The position numbers were made by a program, and so were the translations under genes. A model generated the notes under the pieces. The model did no database searches. It was not told the DNA's origin and saw only the letters and a list, made by a program, of their open reading frames with translations. Positions 34,973 through 45,861 of a stretch of 64,000 nucleotides of DNA are shown piece after piece (position 1 is the first letter of the stretch; each line of letters starts with the position of its first letter). The stretch is from Armatimonadota bacterium (GTDB taxonomy: Bacteria > Armatimonadota > Fimbriimonadia > Fimbriimonadales > Fimbriimonadaceae), in NCBI GenBank assembly GCA_018268395.1, contig JAFDWQ010000001.1:221720-285719 (forward strand). The letters run 5' to 3'.

Positions 34973-36048
34973 CGTATCCGGCGAGACGCCGCGCCGTCCC
35001 CATAAGGACTGACGGCGTGGGCCATGGCGTCTCGGTCGGCTTTCGAACCGAGGATTCGGGAGGCTTCGCGCATGATGTCGTCTTTGTCCGTGCCGACCAG
35101 ACGGGCCGTCCCGGCGCGCACCCCTTCAGGACGTTCGGTCGTCTCGCGAAGCACCAGCACCGGGACCCCGAACGTCGGAGCTTCCTCTTGGACGCCGCCA
35201 GAGTCGGTAAGGGCCAAGTACGAACGCTCCAAGAGTTTGACGAAAGGAGCATAGTCCGGAGGCTCGATCAGGTCGATCCTGGGATGGCCCGAAAGGACGC
35301 TTTGGAGGACCTCTCGGACCTGTGGGTTCCGGTGCATCGGGACGACGAGGAGGACGTCTTCGAACCGTCGCACGGTCTCAAGCGCCGCTTCGGCGATGGC
35401 ACGCTGCTTGTCGCCCCAGTTCTCCCTGCGGTGCGTCGTCAGGAGCACGATACGACCGTGGTGGTCCGGATACCAAGACTGTTCGGTCTGGCCCGACACT
35501 TGCCGGACGGCGTCGATGCCCGTATTGCCCGTGACGAAGACCGTACCCTTCGGTACGCCTTCGCGGTCAAGGTTATCGGCCGCCCACGCGGTCGGCGCGA
35601 AGTGCAACGCCGCGGTGAGGGCCGAAGCCCGACGGTTGAATTCTTCTGGAAAGGGGTCCCAGACCGTCTCGGTCCGCAACCCCGCTTCGATGTGGGCGAA
35701 CGGGATTTTTCGATAGAAGGCGGCCAAGCCCGCGACGAAGGTCGTCGTGGTGTCGCCTTGGGCGAAGACGACGTCGGGCCGGTACCGGTCATAGGCCCCG
35801 TCGAGACCCTCAAGGACGCGGGAGGTCACAGAAGCGAGGGACTGTCCGTGCTGCATGACCTGAAGGTCGCGGTCGGCCGTCAGTCCGAACGCACCCAAGG
35901 CTTGATCCAGCATTTCCCGGTGCTGGCCGGTCGAGACGACCACGGTGTCGACGACGTCTCGCCACCGTTGGAACTCGAGGACGACGGGCGCGCTCTTGAT
36001 CGCGTCCGGCCGTGTCCCGACGACGAACAAAGCGACGGGCTTAGCCAC
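34915..36048 (-). CDS. wecB: UDP-N-acetylglucosamine 2-epimerase (non-hydrolysing)
   Basis: FVVGTRPDAIKSAPV, VQGDTTTTF, HIEAGLRT and LTDSGGVQEEAPTFGVPVLVLRETTERPEG. Confidence 0.85.
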   Translation of the reverse strand: MAKPVALFVVGTRPDAIKSAPVVLEFQRWRDVVDTVVVSTGQHREMLDQALGAFGLTADRDLQVMQHGQSLASVTSRVLEGLDGAYDRYRPDVVFAQGDTTTTFVAGLAAFYRKIPFAHIEAGLRTETVWDPFPEEFNRRASALTAALHFAPTAWAADNLDREGVPKGTVFVTGNTGIDAVRQVSGQTEQSWYPDHHGRIVLLTTHRRENWGDKQRAIAEAALETVRRFEDVLLVVPMHRNPQVREVLQSVLSGHPRIDLIEPPDYAPFVKLLERSYLALTDSGGVQEEAPTFGVPVLVLRETTERPEGVRAGTARLVGTDKDDIMREASRILGSKADRDAMAHAVSPYGDGAASRRIRWFTLKSLGIETSPESPWA

Positions 36049-37081
36049 GGACCCTCACGATCGCGATCAAGAGCCCACAGAGTGTCAGGGCGATGGCGTA
36101 GAGCACCCATACGGCCTGCCGTTGGGTCAAGCCGCGGGCCAATAACGTATGGTGAAGGTGACGCTTGTCGGCCTGTGTGATCGGCTGTCCGCTCGCCGCC
36201 CGTCGGATCACGACGATCATCGCGTCGAACAGAGGCACGCCGAACACGAGGACGGGAATGAAGACGGCGAGGGCGGCCGCGGTCTTAAGGGCGCCGACGA
36301 TGGACAGCGATGCGAGCCAAAACCCGAGGAACTGGGCGCCCCCCGTACCCATAAAGATCCTGGCCGGGTTGTAGTTGTACCGCAGGAACCCAATCGAGGC
36401 CCCGGCGGCGGCCGCGGCGATCAGGGCGACGCGAGGTTGGCCCTCATAGGTCGCGATGATCGATAGCGTGCCTGCAGCGATGCTCGAAATCCCGGCGGCA
36501 AGCCCGTCGATCCCATCGATCGTGTCCATCGTCTTCGTCACCACGAAGATGTAAAGCGCCGTCACGACGACTCCTGCGATCCCGAAACTGGCCCAAACGG
36601 CGTCTTCGGAAAAGGGCGGCCACAGCATGCCCTGGACCTTGACCCGGCCGACTTTGTCGTAAGGCAACTGGACGAGCACGCCCGCAAGGACCAAGTACGC
36701 CATCTGAAGCTTGGCGGTAAGGTTCTTCAGGTCGTCGACGGCACCGAGGACCACGAGCACGCCACCGATGGCGAGCATGCCCGACAAGTACGGAGGGAAG
36801 GGAGAACGCGGGTAGGTCAGGGGCAGCATGACCGCGAGCGATACGACGACGCCGCCGAAAATGGCGAGTCCGCCCCAGCGCGGGATCGGCTCGGTGTGGA
36901 CGCGACGGTCGTCCCTCTTGGGGTCGTCCACCGCACCCCGGCTGATCGCGAACTTGCGGACGAGAGGCGTCAGACCGACGGTGACCATCAAGGAGAACAC
37001 CATCGTCAGCAAGGGGTACTTGAACCCCGACATAGGATCTGACGGGGCCACCTTTGCCAATAGCCCGAACCACAAGCCCAT
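36041..37081 (-). CDS. Polyprenyl-phosphate N-acetylhexosamine-1-phosphate transferase (MraY/WecA family, GT4-type)
   Basis: DDPKRDDRRVHTEPIPRWGG, MDTIDGIDGLAAG, NPARIFMGTGGAQFLGF, and 10-11 TM helices. Confidence 0.8.
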   Translation of the reverse strand: MGLWFGLLAKVAPSDPMSGFKYPLLTMVFSLMVTVGLTPLVRKFAISRGAVDDPKRDDRRVHTEPIPRWGGLAIFGGVVVSLAVMLPLTYPRSPFPPYLSGMLAIGGVLVVLGAVDDLKNLTAKLQMAYLVLAGVLVQLPYDKVGRVKVQGMLWPPFSEDAVWASFGIAGVVVTALYIFVVTKTMDTIDGIDGLAAGISSIAAGTLSIIATYEGQPRVALIAAAAAGASIGFLRYNYNPARIFMGTGGAQFLGFWLASLSIVGALKTAAALAVFIPVLVFGVPLFDAMIVVIRRAASGQPITQADKRHLHHTLLARGLTQRQAVWVLYAIALTLCGLLIAIVRVRG

Positions 37082-37555
37082 TTAGCCGAGCTCCACGACC
37101 TCTAGACGGTCGCCAACGTACCGGTAGACCTCCATTTTCGAGTCTCGGAACAACTCGAGCGAAAACGGGTCCGGGTAGTCGCCCTCGTAGACGACGCGCT
37201 TGATGCCGGCGTTGATGATCATCTTCGCGCAGGTGTTGCACGGCTGGCACGTGACGTACATGTCCGAACCGTCGCACGGGACGCCGATCATCGCGGCCTG
37301 GAGCAGCGCGTTCTGTTCGGCGTGCAACGAACGGATGCAGTGACCCGCACGCATGCAGCCGGTCGGCCAGTCTTCGTCCGGCCCTTGCGGAGGGCAATGG
37401 GCGATCCCCCGAGGGGCGCCGTTGTACCCTGTCGCCAAGATCCTTTTGTCACGGACGATCACCGCTCCGACGGAGCGGCGCGGGCAGGTCGCGCGCGTCG
37501 CCACGAGGTGCGCGATCTGGACAAAGTAGGTGTCCCAACTGGGACGCTCGGCCAT
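37082..37555 (-). CDS. dCMP deaminase (ComEB-like cytidine/deoxycytidylate deaminase)
   Basis: SWDTYFVQIAHLVATRATC, HAEQNAL and PCNTCAKMIINAGIKRV (Zn ligands H/C...PCxxC). The start at 37555 avoids overlap with the upstream gene. Confidence 0.85.
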   Translation of the reverse strand: MAERPSWDTYFVQIAHLVATRATCPRRSVGAVIVRDKRILATGYNGAPRGIAHCPPQGPDEDWPTGCMRAGHCIRSLHAEQNALLQAAMIGVPCDGSDMYVTCQPCNTCAKMIINAGIKRVVYEGDYPDPFSLELFRDSKMEVYRYVGDRLEVVELG

Positions 37556-37610
37556 CGGGAGGATTATGAAGTCCGGAAGGCCGTCCGCGTCGTTCCGGCC
37601 TAACGGCCGG

Positions 37611-39194
37611 TCAGTGTTTTCCGCCCTTGTGCTCACGGGCGAGCATCCAGATGATGTTCGCGTCGCTCTGAGTCAGCTTGCCGTCTTCGTTCATGTCGCA
37701 GATCGTCGCCCATCCTTCGGGGAAGTTCGTCCCCGATGCCAGCCTCGCCTGGAACGTCGCCGCTTCGCGCTCGGTGACCTGTCCGTCGAAGTCCGTGTCG
37801 CCTTTCCGGTACACGACGATCCGGGCCGGGGCGAACGAATCGGTCGTGGCGCCGCCGTCGGTCGCCCGGACGAAGACGTGCCAATCGCCAAGGCCGAACT
37901 GGACGGTGATGACGTTGGCCGAGCGGCCTCGGGCAGGCATGTCCTCGTAACCGTCGACGACTTCGCCCTGGTCGACGTCGACCGTCCGCGACTTGTAGAT
38001 CGAGACCGATTTGGCCGCAGGAGCCCCGGTGGCCGGGTAGTCCCATTTGACCGGAATCGTCTCGTACGCTTGACGGACGTAGAAAACGTCGCCCTTAGGT
38101 TCGTTCGTGGCCAAGGAGACCGGGATCGATCCCGTCAAGTCCACGGTAAGCCAGTATTCAGGGTTATCGGCCGATCCCAACCGGGTGACCCTGACGTAGT
38201 ACGTCCCTGCCGGTTTGCCCGACAATGAAATCTGCTCGAAGTTGTAGTTGTTGGCCGACGTGTTGAGCTTGACGCCGTTCGCGTTGTAGAGCTCCATCGT
38301 CAAGTTGCCTTGTCGCAACCAGGGCGATTGGGCACGGACATAGTCAGCGGCCGAACCGTCGTTCGGCATTTTGAACTTGAACCAGTCGTCGTTGTCCGTC
38401 ATCGAAAGCTTACGGACGTCGACCCGGCCCTTGACCAGTCCGAAGTTCGCACTGTCGTGCCCCCGCTCGGGTTTGGCATCGACTTCGGCGCGGGTGTTGT
38501 TGGGCTCGTACGCGTCCGGCTGGGCGATCGGCGTCGAACCGATCGACACCACGATCAAGGAAGCGTTGTTCGATTCTTTGCTTTCTTGGACGAGGTTACC
38601 GGGATCGACGATCCCTTCCAGATAGTACTGGCCGTCCGGTACGTCGGTCAGATTGATGAACTGGCCTTCCAAGGTCGAACCGTAGACGTCGGCCCAGCCC
38701 GGCCTCAATCCTTGGATCTGACCGCACGACGCGTACGACGTGCCTGTGTAGTGTCCGCCGACCGTCTGGTCCCAGTCGATGATCTCAAGGACGCAGAAGC
38801 TCGTCTTCGCCCCGCTCGCCACGACCGCCCCGACCCCGCCTCCGGGCAAGATCTTACGCAGCCGGAACATCGTCCAGTCCTCGAAATGGATGTGCCCGTG
38901 ACCGAGGTGATAGACGAACCAGCCGCACTCGCGATCCACCCATGTCCCGTCTGACTTGTAGACCCGTTGGAGGACCCGCTGCTTGTCCCCGACGATCTCT
39001 CCTCCCCGCAGTTCCAGATTGCCCGGCCCCATGTTGAGGGTCGCGGTGGGAAAGCGCAGGGCCCTCGTTCCTGGAGGCAGTTCGGAATTGTTCGTCGTGA
39101 CGTAGGCCTGGGCCAGATATTGGGGCAAGACCGAAACGTCAGGAAGACGGTCCTCTGCCAAGGGCATGCACAAAGCAAGAAGGGCGGACAACAT
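37611..39194 (-). CDS. Secreted lysyl-oxidase-like catalytic domain, PPC (pre-peptidase C-terminal) domain, Ig-like region and dockerin-type tail
   Basis: LOX blocks: YHLGHGHIHFEDW (HxxHxHxH Cu site), GAKTSFCVLE (LTQ Lys position), QGLRPGWADVYGSTLEGQFINLTDVPDGQYYLEGIVDP...ESKESNN (LTQ Tyr position). PPC: DAYEPNNTRAEV...DNDDWFKF...GTYYVRV. Dockerin-like Ca loops: DTDFDGQVTERE and DMNEDGKLTQSD. Confidence 0.8.
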   Translation of the reverse strand: MLSALLALCMPLAEDRLPDVSVLPQYLAQAYVTTNNSELPPGTRALRFPTATLNMGPGNLELRGGEIVGDKQRVLQRVYKSDGTWVDRECGWFVYHLGHGHIHFEDWTMFRLRKILPGGGVGAVVASGAKTSFCVLEIIDWDQTVGGHYTGTSYASCGQIQGLRPGWADVYGSTLEGQFINLTDVPDGQYYLEGIVDPGNLVQESKESNNASLIVVSIGSTPIAQPDAYEPNNTRAEVDAKPERGHDSANFGLVKGRVDVRKLSMTDNDDWFKFKMPNDGSAADYVRAQSPWLRQGNLTMELYNANGVKLNTSANNYNFEQISLSGKPAGTYYVRVTRLGSADNPEYWLTVDLTGSIPVSLATNEPKGDVFYVRQAYETIPVKWDYPATGAPAAKSVSIYKSRTVDVDQGEVVDGYEDMPARGRSANVITVQFGLGDWHVFVRATDGGATTDSFAPARIVVYRKGDTDFDGQVTEREAATFQARLASGTNFPEGWATICDMNEDGKLTQSDANIIWMLAREHKGGKH

Positions 39195-39239
39195 GGTACG
39201 CCACCATTGTAGTCCGCCCTTCGCTTGAGCCGTTCGGTT

Positions 39240-39875
39240 TCAGCGCTCGATCGGCCAGGTCTTGATTTCAGCTTTCACGATCTTTACGGCGTCTTCGGGC
39301 TCGACTTTGCCGTTGTTGCCCGCGTCGCCCGTCTTGACGATCTCATCGACGGCGGGCATCCCTTCGACGACGATGCCGAAGGCCGTGTACTTATGGTCGA
39401 GGCTCGGGGCCTCCTTGACCATGATGAAGAACTGGCTGCCCGCCGAATCCGGGTCGCTCGACCGGGCCATGCTCAGCACGCCTCGGGTGTGCTTCACGTC
39501 GTTGAACTCGGCCTTGAGATGGAATCCGGGGCCACCAGTCCCCCAGACCGAGCTCTTCGCCATGTCCTTGGAGTTCGGATCGCCTCCTTGGACCATGAAG
39601 CCCGCGATGCAGCGGTGGAACCGCGTGCCGTCATAGAACTTCTCGCTGACCAGCTTCTTGAAGCTCTTCACGTGTTCCGGGGCGACGTTCGGATAGAACT
39701 TGAGGACGACGGTGCCTTTGTCGGTCGTCAGGACGGCGACTTCCTCGCCCTTGACGGGCATCGGGGCGCCAGGGGCGCCTGTCGCGGCATGGGGAGTGGT
39801 GTCTTGTTCGCTCATGATAGGGGCGTCCAGGGTCGACGGGCCCGCCAGGGCCAAGGCAAGGAGGGCGGCAGTCAT
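39240..39875 (-). CDS. Secreted peptidyl-prolyl cis-trans isomerase, cyclophilin type
   Basis: N-terminal signal-like MTAALLALALAG. FHRCIAGFMVQGGDP, GVLSMARSSDPDSAGSQFFI. Confidence 0.9.
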   Translation of the reverse strand: MTAALLALALAGPSTLDAPIMSEQDTTPHAATGAPGAPMPVKGEEVAVLTTDKGTVVLKFYPNVAPEHVKSFKKLVSEKFYDGTRFHRCIAGFMVQGGDPNSKDMAKSSVWGTGGPGFHLKAEFNDVKHTRGVLSMARSSDPDSAGSQFFIMVKEAPSLDHKYTAFGIVVEGMPAVDEIVKTGDAGNNGKVEPEDAVKIVKAEIKTWPIER

Positions 39876-39941
39876 GGTCGTTCAGTATGCTTGACGCCTC
39901 GTCCGGGCGTTGGGCACGCGCAGTGCCATAATCGGGGCCTC

Positions 39942-40688
39942 ATGCGACGTTGGCTCCTTTATTGTTCGGCCCTTGCGGTCGTCGCCCCGCTCTCGGCCGG
40001 TTGCGAGCAACCGGGTTCGCCGCCTCCTGACGGCGCGTCCGGGGCGTCGGGCTCGGGTTCGGGCGAACTCGCGAAGAACGAGAACAAGGCTCCCGAATCG
40101 CCGACGGGTGAAGAGAAGACCCCGGAGGCCCCGAAAGACGAGCCGCTCGCCGACTCCCCGAAGGCCGGTGAGGACGTCGCCGTCTTGGAAACGGGCAAGG
40201 GCAAGATCGTCGTGATGTTCTATCCCAGTAAGGCCCCGAAGAGCGTGGAAAACTTCAAACAGCTCGTGGCGTCCGGGTTTTATAACGGCACGCGGTTCCA
40301 CCGCTGCATCCCAGGCTTCATGGTCCAGGGCGGCGACCCGAAGTCTAAGGACTTGGCCAAGAGCGGCGAGTGGGGGACCGGGGGCAACACGAAGGACGGA
40401 AAGGAAGTCAACGTACCTGCAGAGTTCACCGACCTCAAACACACCCGAGGCGTGCTGAGCATGGCCCGGTCGTCCGATCCGAATTCGGGCAGCAGCCAGT
40501 TCTTCATCATGGTCAAGGACACGCCTGCGCTCGACGGCCAATACTCGGCGTTCGGAAAGGTCGTCAAAGGCATCGAAGTCGCGGACGAGATCGTGAAGAC
40601 CGGGGATCCGGCCGATAACGGCGCCGTCGTCCCGAAAGAAGCGATCCTCTTGAAGTCGGCGAAAATGGCCAAGTGGCCCGTCGACTGA
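39942..40688 (+). CDS. Lipoprotein-type peptidyl-prolyl cis-trans isomerase, cyclophilin type
   Basis: From the ATG at 39942: MRRWLLYCSALAVVAPLSAGC (lipobox-like LSAGC), a low-complexity linker, then FHRCIPGFMVQGGDP and GVLSMARSSDPNSGSSQFFI. The upstream 239 codons of the track ORF are antisense to the neighbouring cyclophilin. Confidence 0.9.
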   Translation: MRRWLLYCSALAVVAPLSAGCEQPGSPPPDGASGASGSGSGELAKNENKAPESPTGEEKTPEAPKDEPLADSPKAGEDVAVLETGKGKIVVMFYPSKAPKSVENFKQLVASGFYNGTRFHRCIPGFMVQGGDPKSKDLAKSGEWGTGGNTKDGKEVNVPAEFTDLKHTRGVLSMARSSDPNSGSSQFFIMVKDTPALDGQYSAFGKVVKGIEVADEIVKTGDPADNGAVVPKEAILLKSAKMAKWPVD

Positions 40689-40710
40689 AGCTCGCTCGCA
40701 TTCAAAGCGT

Positions 40711-40747
40711 GGGACGACCGGGAAACCGGTCGTCCCTTTCTTGTTTC
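40711..40747 (+). terminator. Rho-independent terminator
   Basis: GGGACGACCGG (40711-40721), GAAA loop, CCGGTCGTCCC (40726-40736), followed by TTTCTTGTTTC. Confidence 0.65.
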
Positions 40748-40771
40748 TCGACCTCTGGGTAGTCTCGTCCG

Positions 40772-41122
40772 ATGGGCTATAGGATCCTTATCGCGCTTTA
40801 CGGACTGATCAACATCGCGGGCGGGATCATCGGCTTCGTAGCGGCCCAAAGCACGGGATCCTTGACCGTCGGGATCGCGACCGGGTTCATGCTGCTCTAC
40901 TGCGCTTTCGTCGCCGGGACGAAACCGGGCCTGGCTTACCGCTTGGCCGCTGCCGTCGCAGGAGGGCTGGTCGCATTCTGGTGCTATCGGATCTATGAGG
41001 TGACCCAACAAGGCAAGTCGCCCATGATGGCGGTCATGAACCTGGCCCTAGGGGCCGTCGTCTTCCTGGTCCTTGGGGCCGGACACATGATCGCCGTCCG
41101 CAAGCGCGGGCATACCGAGTAG
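40772..41122 (+). CDS. Small 4-TM membrane protein, TMEM14-like
   Basis: LINIAGGIIGFVAAQSTGSLTVGIATGFML resembles the TMEM14 family pattern. Four hydrophobic helices. Confidence 0.55.
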   Translation: MGYRILIALYGLINIAGGIIGFVAAQSTGSLTVGIATGFMLLYCAFVAGTKPGLAYRLAAAVAGGLVAFWCYRIYEVTQQGKSPMMAVMNLALGAVVFLVLGAGHMIAVRKRGHTE

Positions 41123-41129
41123 CCCTCCC

Positions 41130-42398
41130 TTAGTCGAGGATCCGCAACGTCACCGGTTCGGCCGGAAGCGAACACGCTTCTGCGATCTCGCGCACGGCTT
41201 TGCTGACTTCGCTTTCCGACGATTCGTGGGTTATGACGGTCACGTCGCCCCGGCCCGAGCGGTCCTGCAAGCGGGCGTTGGCGTGCGTGATCGAGATCCC
41301 GTGTTCGCCAAGGACGGTCGCGATCTTTCCGATCAGCCCGGGCCGGTCTTCGATCGGGAACCGCATGTAGTAGCGAGAGCGGCCTTCCAAATGGTTCAGC
41401 TTCCGGCTCTCGACCGGGTTCCACATAACGCCGCTTCCTGGGTTCCGGGCGATCTCGATGATGTCGGACATGACCGCGCTCGCGGTCGGAAGCGACCCTG
41501 CCCCCTTGCCGTGGAAGATCATCTCGCCGATCGCGTCGCCCCGGACCATGACGGCGTTAAACTCGTCGCTGACGGGTCCGAGAGGGTGCTCGAACGCGAC
41601 CAACGCGGGATGGACGCGCAGGTCGAGCGAATCTCCGTGCCGTCGTGCCACCGCGACGGGCTTGATGACGAACCCGGACTCGTCGGCCACTTTGATGTCG
41701 ATCGGCGTGATCTGGCGGATGCCTTCCCTTTCGATCTGGTCGAGCGAGGCCTTCGTCTGGAAGGTCAGCTCGGTGAGGACGATCAATTTGTGCGCCGCGT
41801 CGATGCCTTCGACGTCGAACGTCGGATCGGCTTCGGCAAGGCCGTTCTCTTGGGCCTTGGCCAAAGCCTCCTCGAACGACAGCCGCTCCTTGTACATCCG
41901 GGTCAGGATGTAGTTCGACGTCCCGTTCAAGATGCCGACGATCTCGTCGACGTCGTTCGCGATCAGGCCGCTGCTCAGCGCGCGCACGATCGGGATCCCC
42001 CCGCAGACGCTGGCCTCGAAACCGAGCTGGCGGCCCGACTCCGTGCACTTCTGAAAAATCTCGGCCCCGTGGGCCGCGAGGACGGCCTTGTTCGCGGTGA
42101 CGACGCTTTTGCCCTTAGACAGCGCCTTGAGGATGTAGCTCTTCGCGGGCTCCATTCCGCCCATGACCTCGACGACGATGTCGATCGTCGGGTCGTCGAA
42201 GACCTCGTCCGCGTCCAAGGTCACTTGCTCGCGGGGGAGCGGCCGAGGCTTGTCCGGATTCCGGACGACCGCTTTGGCGATCTCCAACCGGACGCCGGAA
42301 CGTTTCTCGATGTTCGCACCGCTCTTCCTGACGATCTCGACGAGCCCCGAACCGACGGTGCCGAGACCGAGAAGCCCTAGCCGGACGGTCGTGCTCAC
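41130..42398 (-). CDS. hom: Homoserine dehydrogenase (with C-terminal ACT domain)
   Basis: VRLGLLGLGTVGSG Rossmann loop, NGTSNYILT, LAEADPTFDVEGIDAAHKL, and an ACT-like tail. Confidence 0.9.
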   Translation of the reverse strand: MSTTVRLGLLGLGTVGSGLVEIVRKSGANIEKRSGVRLEIAKAVVRNPDKPRPLPREQVTLDADEVFDDPTIDIVVEVMGGMEPAKSYILKALSKGKSVVTANKAVLAAHGAEIFQKCTESGRQLGFEASVCGGIPIVRALSSGLIANDVDEIVGILNGTSNYILTRMYKERLSFEEALAKAQENGLAEADPTFDVEGIDAAHKLIVLTELTFQTKASLDQIEREGIRQITPIDIKVADESGFVIKPVAVARRHGDSLDLRVHPALVAFEHPLGPVSDEFNAVMVRGDAIGEMIFHGKGAGSLPTASAVMSDIIEIARNPGSGVMWNPVESRKLNHLEGRSRYYMRFPIEDRPGLIGKIATVLGEHGISITHANARLQDRSGRGDVTVITHESSESEVSKAVREIAEACSLPAEPVTLRILD

Positions 42399-43558
42399 GC
42401 TTTTGCGATCGCCTGCTCCAGATCGGCGACCAGGTCTTCGACGTCTTCGATGCCGACCGAAACCCGGATAAGTCCGTCACCGATCCCGACGGCGTGACGG
42501 ACGTCCTTCGGGACGCTGGCATGGGTCATCGAGGCAGGATGGTTCACCAGGCTCATGACGCAGCCGAGCGACTCGGCCAGGGTGAAGAGTTCGAAGGCCT
42601 GCAGGACGCGCCGAGCGCCTTCCTCGCCGTTGACGACCTCGAAGGAAAGCATGGCTCCAAAGTCCTTCATCTGGCGACGGGCGACGTCGTGACCGGGATG
42701 GGTCGCGAGGCCGGGATAGTAGACCTTGGTCACCTTCGGCTGCTCCGCGAGCCAAGACGCGATCACGCCCGCGTTCTTGCAGTGCCTCTCCATTCTAAGG
42801 CCGAGCGTCTTCAGGCCACGGAGGATCAGATAGCAGTCTTGGGGCCCGGGCACCAGTCCGCACGCGTTCTGGACGTACTTCAGCTTGTCCCACAGTTCCT
42901 TCTGGTCGGTCAAGAGCGCTCCGTTGACCACGTCGCCGTGCCCATTGAGATACTTCGTCGTGGAGTGGAGGACGATGTCCGCCCCCAGTTTCAACGGCTG
43001 CTGTAGGACCGGAGTCGCAAAAGTGTTGTCGACAAGCGCCAACGCTCCGGCCCGGTGGGCCAGATCGCAAGCCCCTTGAATGTCGGTCACGTTCAACAGG
43101 GGGTTGGACGGCGACTCCAGCCAGACCAAGGTCGTCGGCTTTTCCAGCGCGGCCGCTAGGCAGTCGAGCTTGGTCGTATCGACGAACTCGAACTCGATCC
43201 CCAACTTGGCATAGACCTGCGTGAACAGGCGGTACGCGCCTCCGTAAAGGTCGGCGCACGCGACGACCCGGTCTCCCGCTCCGAGAGTGTTCACGACGGC
43301 GGTCACGGCGGCCAGCCCTGTCGCGAACGTCAACCCGTACTTCGCGTCCTCGATATCGGCCAGGGTTTCTTCGAGGACGGTACGGGTCGGGTTTTCGCTC
43401 CGACCGTAGCTCAGCTTACGGCCGAGGTACTCCGTCGGCTCCCCAGGCACGGACTGTCCGAACGTCGACGTCTGATAGATCGGGAAGGTGACGGCTTTAG
43501 ACGCGGCGTCCTTGTGACCGGCCTGGTGCACGGCCCGGGTCGAAAATCCTTTCCTCAT
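42395..43558 (-). CDS. Cys/Met-metabolism PLP-dependent enzyme (cystathionine gamma-synthase / beta-lyase family)
   Basis: From the ATG at 43558: MRKGFSTRAVHQAG...PIYQTSTF...YGRSENPTR...HSTTKYLNGHGD (PLP Lys). The upstream 141 codons of the track ORF are R-rich and overlap ligA. Confidence 0.85.
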   Translation of the reverse strand: MRKGFSTRAVHQAGHKDAASKAVTFPIYQTSTFGQSVPGEPTEYLGRKLSYGRSENPTRTVLEETLADIEDAKYGLTFATGLAAVTAVVNTLGAGDRVVACADLYGGAYRLFTQVYAKLGIEFEFVDTTKLDCLAAALEKPTTLVWLESPSNPLLNVTDIQGACDLAHRAGALALVDNTFATPVLQQPLKLGADIVLHSTTKYLNGHGDVVNGALLTDQKELWDKLKYVQNACGLVPGPQDCYLILRGLKTLGLRMERHCKNAGVIASWLAEQPKVTKVYYPGLATHPGHDVARRQMKDFGAMLSFEVVNGEEGARRVLQAFELFTLAESLGCVMSLVNHPASMTHASVPKDVRHAVGIGDGLIRVSVGIEDVEDLVADLEQAIAKA

Positions 43559-43644
43559 TCGGCAAGTGTAGCGTCTCGACGCGCCTTGACCGAAGGACAA
43601 GGCCAGGATCAGCCAGAGAACCCGGTACCGTTCGGGGGTAAGGC

Positions 43645-45765
<2,121 letters not shown>

Positions 45766-45861
45766 TCAAAACCCGGCAAGCTCCCCTGGGGAATCCTGTC
45801 CGGCTGTTCCGACAATTAAGGCTGTGCAGCCCCCGCAAGATGCGGGGAGGAGCCCGGCAGG

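Noticed and set aside
39225-39941. N-terminal 239 codons of the 487-aa track ORF (39225-40688), which would make a much larger cyclophilin fusion.
   Set aside because: This part is antisense to the minus-strand cyclophilin gene (39240-39875) and has no motifs. An internal ATG at 39942 gives a lipoprotein signal peptide followed directly by the cyclophilin domain.
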